Positions 36,335 to 43,071 of a DNA stretch of 43,071 bases are shown piece by piece (the stretch's first letter is position 1; each line of letters starts with the position of its first letter). The stretch is from an uncultured Bacteroidota bacterium. Its GTDB lineage: Bacteria; Bacteroidota; Bacteroidia; Bacteroidales; WCHB1-69. The position numbers and the translations under genes are program-made. Location of the stretch: the NCBI GenBank assembly GCA_902774205.1, contig CACYHL010000003.1, positions 1 to 43,071 on the forward strand, written 5' to 3'. The notes under the pieces are model-generated. The model was not told the DNA's origin. It made no database searches and was given only the letters and a program-made list of their open reading frames with translations.

Positions 36335-37420
36335 TCAATGTATTTTTCGAGATTCGTCGTTTTTGAATTTGTACATTCCGGTTTCGTGGGAAATGCGACC
36401 CAGAACTATCCATTTGTGCAAATTGTTCTCTTCTGCCCACTGGCTATATTTTTTTTCTATCAGCCAAGGTTTGTTGAGCTGCACTTGAGGAATGGTAGTG
36501 GATTTCCAAAGCTTTTCGGGAATAAGGTGGTTGCAAGCAAACGTATTGGCCTCTTGTTCTTCTTTTGTGTCCTCCATCAGATTGATAAACCTCTTTTCGG
36601 TTTCTGAAACATGAAGCTTTAAATGACCGATTTCATGCATCACAGCGAAAGCAAAATTGTCTATTCTGTCATATCGCTTGGTTACAACGATGGAAGGGAT
36701 TCCATCTGTGTCTAAGAATGAATAGCCATCGATGCTCGCCTTATCGACTTTTTCCACAATGCAAAACCTTATACCATTATCTGACAATATTTTTTTGGTG
36801 CTTTCAATGACATCTTCATTTTTATTAAAAACATCTGCCAATTGTTGTATATAATCATTCTTTTCAGGGTTGTACACCTGAGTGGTTTGCTGTTGACGTG
36901 CAGCATACTGGGCAAGGACTTCCCAAGTGAATATAGCCCGCTGATCCGTACCTGACTTCTCAGATTTGCGGAATTTGCCCAAATTATATTTCAGCTCAGC
37001 AGGTTTGGGCAAAAGCAATTGGTGGACAACAAAATTCAATTTTTCGACACACGAAGCAAAGGCAACACCAACTCGCTTGAATATCAAATTGATGTTAATC
37101 ATTTCGTCATACTCGTTTAATAACAATTGTGCTTTTTGTTCCTTGATACTGCGTTTTTTTATGACTTCACAGTCATACTCGTATTCGGCTTGCAACTTCA
37201 TCCAGAATTTCGCATTGATGCCGAGCTCCCGTTCGAGGTCGTCGGCAACTTTCGGGGAAATGGCACGCTTGCCCTTTATGAGCTCGCTCAAATGGGTGGC
37301 TTGCATACCAATGGCTTTGGCAAAATCCTTTTGCTTGATGTTGCGCGCTTCAAGTTCGGCTTTAATGGTCGCTCCGGGCGCGACTGCCATAAAGGGTACT
37401 ATTTTATTTTTTTCTTCCAT
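36335..37420 (-). CDS. HigA-like XRE HTH fused to an ImmA/IrrE (M78, COG2856) zinc metallopeptidase domain
   Basis: N-terminal HTH (IKQKDFAKAIGMQATHLSELIKGKRAISPKVADDLERELGINAKFWMKLQ) and C-terminal HExxH (AVMHEIGHLKLH). It overlaps the upstream toxin-like gene by 17 nt. Confidence 0.75.
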   Translation of the reverse strand: MEEKNKIVPFMAVAPGATIKAELEARNIKQKDFAKAIGMQATHLSELIKGKRAISPKVADDLERELGINAKFWMKLQAEYEYDCEVIKKRSIKEQKAQLLLNEYDEMININLIFKRVGVAFASCVEKLNFVVHQLLLPKPAELKYNLGKFRKSEKSGTDQRAIFTWEVLAQYAARQQQTTQVYNPEKNDYIQQLADVFNKNEDVIESTKKILSDNGIRFCIVEKVDKASIDGYSFLDTDGIPSIVVTKRYDRIDNFAFAVMHEIGHLKLHVSETEKRFINLMEDTKEEQEANTFACNHLIPEKLWKSTTIPQVQLNKPWLIEKKYSQWAEENNLHKWIVLGRISHETGMYKFKNDESRKIH

Positions 37421-37727
37421 AATGGGATTCGTTTATTTCTAACAATAATATTCTAATGCCTTCGTCAAATTCTTCGAATATTAACCGTTCTACTCGACCA
37501 TTTTGTATCCTTACGGAGCTTTGTCCAGACCGATCGAATTTGAGTTTCTCATAGTGTAAAGAGCTGAATTGTTTCAATTCTTCTGTGTTTTCCACCGATA
37601 ACAAACGATTGTAAACCGACACTAATGCTGCGCAGAAGACTTTATCTTTAGATAGTTTCTTATATTTATTGTTTTTTCCATACTCTATTAATTCTTGTAA
37701 GTCAATATCCGCAAAATCAACAATCAT
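37404..37727 (-). CDS. HigB-like (plasmid maintenance system killer / RelE-fold) toxin
   Basis: ~107 aa with LHYEKLKFDRSGQSSVRIQNGRVERLIFEE, resembling the HigB L.G...G.ySiRin..wRlvF block, and it precedes a HigA-type HTH. Start is set at 37727 because a -7 box covers the ATG at 37751. Confidence 0.6.
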   Translation of the reverse strand: MIVDFADIDLQELIEYGKNNKYKKLSKDKVFCAALVSVYNRLLSVENTEELKQFSSLHYEKLKFDRSGQSSVRIQNGRVERLIFEEFDEGIRILLLEINESHYGRKK

Positions 37728-37748
37728 AATGTGATATTTTTGAGAGTG

Positions 37749-37756
37749 CAAAAATA
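37749..37756 (-). promoter_or_regulatory. -7 promoter box (TATTTTTG) for higB-like / XRE-peptidase / hsdM / abiH
   Basis: Reverse complement of caaaaata matches TAnnTTTG, about 22 nt upstream of the ATG at 37727. Confidence 0.35.
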
Positions 37757-37764
37757 CAAAAAAA

Positions 37765-37781
37765 TTACCATATCATGGTAA
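37765..37781 (-). promoter_or_regulatory. perfect 7-3-7 palindrome TTACCAT-ATC-ATGGTAA (operator and/or terminator hairpin)
   Basis: Seen directly. On the minus strand the hairpin is followed by a T7 run, which makes it terminator-like for the DUF2971 gene. It also sits just upstream of the -7 box of the HTH-encoding operon. Confidence 0.55.
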
Positions 37782-37811
37782 CTTTTTTATTTTTTCTCTA
37801 CATCACTCCGT

Positions 37812-38588
37812 TCATATCACCTCCGCCTGCAGCCGGAAGGCATTGCCGTCCACACGCATTTGGTAAAGTTTGATTTCCGGATTCAGCTTCTTGCGGGCAT
37901 ATTTGATTATTTTTTCTTTTTCAGTCGGATCTGTGTTCACACCAAAGTATATCGACTCAAAACATTCGCCCTTCAGCGGCATATAATGGTGAACCTCTTT
38001 CCAATCCATAACTTCATTGCTTTTGGAGCGTTCGGCTTGTTCGGGTGTTAAGGCCGCGTACATAGGACCCGGCTTGGGCATGACCAACCTGACCTCCTGT
38101 TCATACGCCCATTCTTTTGCTTTAGTACGCCATTGATAACTGAAAATATCCTCTGCACTATGATAAGCATTGGGGCGTTCAATTATATCCTGATATTGAA
38201 CCTCTAAAATAAACGGTTCAAGATACAGGGAACCGAACATAGGAGGAACAGATTTCATCACTTTGTCCATGTCCAGCCCGATGCAAACGCCTTTGTGGTT
38301 ATAGCAATAGTGACTCCACATCAGTATTGAATCATTGATTTTCGATAAACTGCAGAGCCAGGTATCGTTGCGCAAATTGAGGGCATCGAGTTCTTCTTTC
38401 TCAATCCACCAATCCTCTGGTATCCAACCTTGCAATCTTGAGGCGGGCACATTCGAGTAGTCTATCAATTTGGGATGACAATCGAAAGGGTCATTTAGCT
38501 GGGAGGCATTGGTGAATTGGAGATCTTGGTTCCCAATCATGCATTTAGCTCCGACAATGTCCAAATATTTGTAGAGAATGCGGGACAT
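37812..38588 (-). CDS. DUF2971-family protein
   Basis: MSRILYKYLD..., LQFTNASQLNDPFDC, WLCSLSKINDSILMWSHYCYNHKGVCIGLD and KEWAYEQEVRL follow the DUF2971 motif series (LYKY / NDPFE / MWSHYA..HKG / W.yE.E.R). Confidence 0.7.
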   Translation of the reverse strand: MSRILYKYLDIVGAKCMIGNQDLQFTNASQLNDPFDCHPKLIDYSNVPASRLQGWIPEDWWIEKEELDALNLRNDTWLCSLSKINDSILMWSHYCYNHKGVCIGLDMDKVMKSVPPMFGSLYLEPFILEVQYQDIIERPNAYHSAEDIFSYQWRTKAKEWAYEQEVRLVMPKPGPMYAALTPEQAERSKSNEVMDWKEVHHYMPLKGECFESIYFGVNTDPTEKEKIIKYARKKLNPEIKLYQMRVDGNAFRLQAEVI

Positions 38589-38644
38589 ACTTATTCTATC
38601 GTTACTTGACCGTTCCTCAACAACACATTGCTGAAATTAGACGT

Positions 38645-39517
38645 TTAGTCCTCGCCATAATAAACTTTTTTTGCCTTTTCTACAAGAGGAACAAAAACAT
38701 CTTTATGTTTCTTGAATTCATCATGATTAGGGAAAGAGATTTTATAAACATTATCACTTGAAATATAAGAGACATCCAACCCTGTATTTTCTATTTTTTG
38801 AGTTGTCTCCTCATCTTCGGGAAGTTTTATAAATAAGAATACAAAATTCTTTCGAGGTCTAAAGTAAATAAAGTTTTTTGCAACTCCATCTTTTGCTATC
38901 CCGATATAAAACTTATTGAACTTCAATTCAAAATCACCTATTATTTCTTTAAGTTCAGTAAAAATACTATCTACTGTTTTTATGATTTTTGGGGTACTAG
39001 ACTTTTCCCAGTAATTTCTATCAGTAACCTCTGCAGTTTCAAAGTCAGCATCATTAGCTAAAGAAATTCTGTCTAAGACTTTTGTGAAAATAAGTTCAAC
39101 ATCATCTCCGTGTTTGATGGCAGACATTTGCAAGGCAATTAACGGTATTGCTCCATTAAAAAGGGAAATGACATTCATAAATCTGCCCGTTATTTCTTCA
39201 GCAACAATAACAGCGCAATGGTTATATTGGGGATAGCGTTTTTTCTCGGTATCCCAATACTCTAAAGTGCGAATGATGTGGCTTGGATCGGTACTGCCGA
39301 GCTGAATTTCGACTTCATATCTTTCCACACCGTCCTGATCTGAAAGTAGAATATCCAGAATTCCTCCCATGGGCTGCCTCTTTTCTCGTTGGATTGGAAT
39401 TAAGTTTCCCAAGCCAAGCACAGAAGGGTCTGTAAAAATAAACTCCTGTATTGATTTTTCATTGATTTCAGGATGGTTTTTAAGCAATATCTTCTCGCTC
39501 TTTACTAATTTAGCCAT
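38645..39517 (-). CDS. PD-(D/E)XK-like (NucS/DUF91-style) N-domain protein with an uncharacterised C-domain
   Basis: The pattern QREKRQPMGGILDILLSDQDGVERYEVEIQLGSTDPSHIIRTLEYW resembles E...GxxDxL..D..G....vE.K....a....v.Q...Y, with Q in the usual K position. The C-half has a YIGIAKDG..NFIYFRPRKNFVFLFIKL pattern. The gene is very AT-rich. Confidence 0.5.
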   Translation of the reverse strand: MAKLVKSEKILLKNHPEINEKSIQEFIFTDPSVLGLGNLIPIQREKRQPMGGILDILLSDQDGVERYEVEIQLGSTDPSHIIRTLEYWDTEKKRYPQYNHCAVIVAEEITGRFMNVISLFNGAIPLIALQMSAIKHGDDVELIFTKVLDRISLANDADFETAEVTDRNYWEKSSTPKIIKTVDSIFTELKEIIGDFELKFNKFYIGIAKDGVAKNFIYFRPRKNFVFLFIKLPEDEETTQKIENTGLDVSYISSDNVYKISFPNHDEFKKHKDVFVPLVEKAKKVYYGED

Positions 39518-39552
39518 ATTTATTGGTATTTTATATTTTCGTACTAATTTGA

Positions 39553-40763
39553 TTATTCTTCTATCTCAACTTGCCCGTTCATCAGCATCGGCAACAGCGA
39601 ATCTCGAAGGCGGGTGAGGTGATTCTTCTCATCTGTTACTTGTTTTTGTTTTTCTCTAAAAGCATTGGTAATATTGCAATAGGTTTCTATCAATTTATCA
39701 GGAGGAAACGCAACTATATAGGACATCAAGTTTTCCTGATTAATTTTCTTTTGAATAGAACCCGTTTCAATTAACACCACAGGTATTGTCTTCAATAAGA
39801 AATAGCAGTACTCTAACCATTTTTTATTATTCAATGTGATAATATGAGCGTGATTATTCACCCAATTTTTACCCCAAATATATTGAACAACGGGATTGCC
39901 ATTTTCATCGGACGTTGATCCGTCTTCTGCCAACAGCAAATAATCCCCATCAAATATGTATTCATCTACATAATCCATAATACCCGTAGCTCCATAATAT
40001 GGGAATGGTCCTTTTTTATTTTCTCTTTCCTTATTTGATAATGGTATCCGTCGATAGTCTTCTAAAATTAGAATATTACTTAATTCTTTCACTTCCCACC
40101 CCTCCGGAATCTCTCTCTTCAGTTTTTCGTTCCACACCATCTTTCCCCCGGAGGATTTGTAGGGCTTGCCGTTTTCATCGGGCTTGCCCTGAGCAAAGTC
40201 GAAGGGGAAATCGAACTGCACGAACCAATAGTCGTAGAGCTGCTTGGCCATCGCCTCCAACTCGGCGTTCATGCGGGTGTTGAGGGAGATCTTTTGGTCA
40301 ATATCAAATAATAGATTCCCAATTTTCTCTTGTTCAGAAATACTTGGGAGTATGAATTCAAAATCTCCAAGTTGTTCTAAACTTATATGAGGTATTGATG
40401 TGCCAGTATGTATTGTTTTGATATACTGCTCAAATCTATCGCTAAAGATAGCATAATACAAGTATTTTTGGATAGATTTTTCGTTATGTCGCACACATGC
40501 AACACGTTGAGCAAGGTAAAGCGGCAAATCACTTTCAGATACGATTGCTCTATTTCTCCCTACACGCGAACCATCCATTCCTATAACAATATCTTCATTT
40601 CTTTAAATGGATAATTCCACCTTTTATCAATATCCCATCTAAGATTACCGATGGTAACATTATCTCCTCTTACAACTCTAATTCCTTCTGATGAGTATTT
40701 GTGTCCATCAAAAGGGAAACCAGCTATAAGAGATGCGACTTCATTCAATTTACATTTCTTCAT
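39553..40763 (-). pseudogene. hsdS: type I R-M specificity subunit, split by a single frameshift
   Basis: The 60-aa N-fragment (MKKCKLNEVASLIAGFPFDG...) ends at a TAG at 40581. The -1 frame continues ...RNEDIVIGMDGSRVGRNRAIVSESDLPLYLAQRVACVR. A central conserved helix (AELEAMAKQLYDYWFVQFDFP) and C-terminal LRDSLLPMLMNGQVEI are present. The combined length of about 400 aa is typical of HsdS. Confidence 0.8.
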
Positions 40764-40766
40764 CTC

Positions 40767-43071
40767 TTATCTCAAAACATTATATTCCCTTAAATACTCT
40801 CCGGCGATGAGGTTGGATATGTAGCGGCGGTCGTCGGGCTGGGCCTTCACGTCAATGTCCCTCAATGCCGTTGCCACGGCGTAGATGACCTGCGCGTTGA
40901 AATCGGCCTCGTTGCAGATCAATTGCTCGCGGTTCATGATCAGCAGGTCGATGGCATCCTTCACATTGTTCAGCGCCCTGCACTGCTCCACCTCCTGTGG
41001 CGACAGCAGCGTTTTGCCGCTTTCCTGCTCGTGGCTGCGTATGCGCTTGTGCGCCCGCACAAATTTCACATCGCCACGGTATTTCTTCTGCAAATTGGCA
41101 TTGCGGCGGTTAATCTCCCGAATGCGCTCCATTGCCATATCCATAAAACCGATATCCTCTTTGGCGTCGGCCATGCTGCCCACCTCGAAATTGCGCTTGG
41201 CAAAATGCTCCTGTATCAACTGCATCAGCGAGATGTATTCCTCATCATCCTGGTCAATGCAAGCCTGCATTTCATTGCTCAAAGCTTTCCGTTTCTGGCG
41301 CATCTCGTCTTTGATGTCGGTGCCTATCTCCAACTCGTTTTCGCCCCGCTTGCGGAACCGGAAGTCAATGGTGGCCAATGCCTCGTTAATCATACTGCTC
41401 ACCTCGGCCTCGTGGCTAAACATGCTTTTCAGATTCAGGTTGTCGATGCGTGCATTCACCACCTTCAGCAGGTTCTGCAAGTCGCCGGGGTTCATCTCCT
41501 GTGCCAAATCTTTCAGTTCCGGGCTTCCGAATGTGCGCACCTCGTTCCACACCGCTTTCGCCTCCTCCAAACGATGGCGGATCTGTATCAACTTATCACG
41601 GTCTTCAATCTCCTCCATCTCCTGCGAGAACAGTTCGGCATTTGAAGGCGTGTAATCGAACAGCACCTCCTGAACATTCGCCATAATCTCCCTCACTTCG
41701 TGAGGCGTTACCAGCACCGTTTCGGTCATTGTCTTCCCCTCTTCGCCAGTGCCAAACTGGTTCAGCTCTCTGGCGTAGGCATCGTTAATCTGGTCGAAAT
41801 TGTCCTGTATGTCGGCAAAATCCACCACATAGCCGAACTGCATCTGCTTGTAGGGGCGGTTCACACGGGTCAATGCCTGTAACAGATTGTGGTCTTTCAG
41901 CTTACGGCCCAAATAAAGCCGTTTCAGACGGTGGGCGTCAAAACCCGTCAGCAGCATATTGTTGACGATGAGCAGGTCGGGGTGGTTTTTCTTTCGGAAC
42001 CGGTAGCAAATGCCCTTTCTCGTCTCTTTGTCGTAAAAATCGTGAAGGATAAGTTCCGCGGAAATATCGTGATGCTGCCACGGAGTTTGCTCAAGGTCAT
42101 CTTCGGGGATTTGCGCATCTGGTTCAGGCATATAGCTTCCGTCGGGTCCCGGCCCCATCTTCAGCAGGCGGAACATCATCCGCGCCTGCGGGTTGGTTTC
42201 GCATACAATGATGCCACCTAACGAGTTGTCGGCCTGCTGGATACGCCAGCGTTTGAAATCGGCGATGATATAGTCGAGCAAGGCGCCCACATAACGCGGA
42301 TTTTCCAATATCCGCTCGCGTCGCACATCTTCCCGTTTTACCTGTATGGTCTCCTTGAGCTGCTCCCATACCTCCTGCAGTCGCAGCCGGTAGGAGGTCT
42401 CGATGTCTTCGCGGAGTATTTTCTTTGTAAAACCGTCCTCAATACTGCGGTTATAGTAGTAGGTGCTGATATAGTCGCCAAACACATCGCGGCTTTTCAC
42501 CTCGTCGCCAATAAGCGGAGTTCCGGTAAGTGCAATATGAATGGCTTTCGGGTCGCTTTCGAACAGCCGCGCGAGGAAAGAGCCTTGCGGATTATAGTCG
42601 CGATGGGCTTCGTCAAGGAAGTAGATGCGCTGGATGTTGACGGCATAGTCCGGGATATTCACATTGCCATCACTGTCTTTCAGTTTCTGGATATTCACCA
42701 CGATGATTTCGGGTTTGCCCTCGTTGCCCTGTTGTGCCGTGGTGGTTTGGAAGGTCTTCATCAGCTCGTCGCGCGAATCCACATTAATGACCTTCAACCC
42801 ACGATTGGAGAATTCAATGGTGGCCTGTTCCATCAGATCGAGACGATCGACAAAGAAGTAATATTTGGGCACGATGCCCTTGTTCTTGTAATAGTCGGTC
42901 AGCACGCGGGAGGCGAAATAGGACAGGGCCGTTTTGCCCGAGCCCTGCGTGTGCCAGATGATGCCGCTGCGCACTCCTTCGCTAAGTTTTTGGCGGATGG
43001 CCTGCGTGCCGAACACCTGCGGATAGCGCATCACGTGTTTCTCCAAAACCGCTTTGTTGGTATCTTCGTCG
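40767..43071 (-). CDS. hsdR: type I restriction enzyme R subunit, N-terminal part beyond the window
   Basis: Helicase motifs WHTQGSGKTALS, YFLDEAHRDY and ALTGTPL, with a long C-terminal helical domain. The frame stays open to the right edge (…DEDTNKAVLEKHVMRYPQ). The stop is 3 nt from the hsdS start. Confidence 0.9.
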   Translation of the reverse strand, partial: DEDTNKAVLEKHVMRYPQVFGTQAIRQKLSEGVRSGIIWHTQGSGKTALSYFASRVLTDYYKNKGIVPKYYFFVDRLDLMEQATIEFSNRGLKVINVDSRDELMKTFQTTTAQQGNEGKPEIIVVNIQKLKDSDGNVNIPDYAVNIQRIYFLDEAHRDYNPQGSFLARLFESDPKAIHIALTGTPLIGDEVKSRDVFGDYISTYYYNRSIEDGFTKKILREDIETSYRLRLQEVWEQLKETIQVKREDVRRERILENPRYVGALLDYIIADFKRWRIQQADNSLGGIIVCETNPQARMMFRLLKMGPGPDGSYMPEPDAQIPEDDLEQTPWQHHDISAELILHDFYDKETRKGICYRFRKKNHPDLLIVNNMLLTGFDAHRLKRLYLGRKLKDHNLLQALTRVNRPYKQMQFGYVVDFADIQDNFDQINDAYARELNQFGTGEEGKTMTETVLVTPHEVREIMANVQEVLFDYTPSNAELFSQEMEEIEDRDKLIQIRHRLEEAKAVWNEVRTFGSPELKDLAQEMNPGDLQNLLKVVNARIDNLNLKSMFSHEAEVSSMINEALATIDFRFRKRGENELEIGTDIKDEMRQKRKALSNEMQACIDQDDEEYISLMQLIQEHFAKRNFEVGSMADAKEDIGFMDMAMERIREINRRNANLQKKYRGDVKFVRAHKRIRSHEQESGKTLLSPQEVEQCRALNNVKDAIDLLIMNREQLICNEADFNAQVIYAVATALRDIDVKAQPDDRRYISNLIAGEYLREYNVLR

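Overview
The window reads as a Bacteroidota (Bacteroidales-type) chromosomal segment. This rests on repeated TAnnTTTG -7 promoter boxes, T9SS C-terminal sorting domains, Bat aerotolerance-type genes and a V-type ATPase operon. It falls into four blocks. (1) 1-11.7 kb is housekeeping: ntpD-I-K, thiL-prs, rplM-rpsI-rpsB-tsf, an ABC ATPase, an SDR and a fused BatB/BatC-like gene. (2) 11.9-18.2 kb holds four tandem paralogous genes, each with a signal peptide, a hypervariable polyglycine (PF12810, ALK/LTK-GRD-like) domain, a conserved Cys-containing middle domain and a T9SS sorting tail. Nucleotide-identical tracts between copies suggest gene conversion. (3) 18.3-30.3 kb is an envelope and cell-wall block: a lipoprotein, an MltF-like lytic transglycosylase, a 1048-aa amidase-CUB-T9SS protein, a SEDS protein, a TlpA-like thioredoxin, murB, a beta-CASP MBL hydrolase and a HAD lipoprotein. 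(4) 30.3-43.1 kb is an all-minus-strand accessory/defence island. It carries a decayed Fic gene, a DUF4143-type ATPase with a repeat-bearing leader, and a type I R-M locus in the unusual order hsdR, frameshifted hsdS, a PD-(D/E)XK-like gene, a DUF2971 gene, HigB-like plus XRE-M78 peptidase, hsdM and AbiH. The inserted genes are far more AT-rich than hsdR and hsdM. No rRNA, tRNA, CRISPR array, transposase or integrase was recognised. All family calls come from motifs read by eye, and no database search was run.
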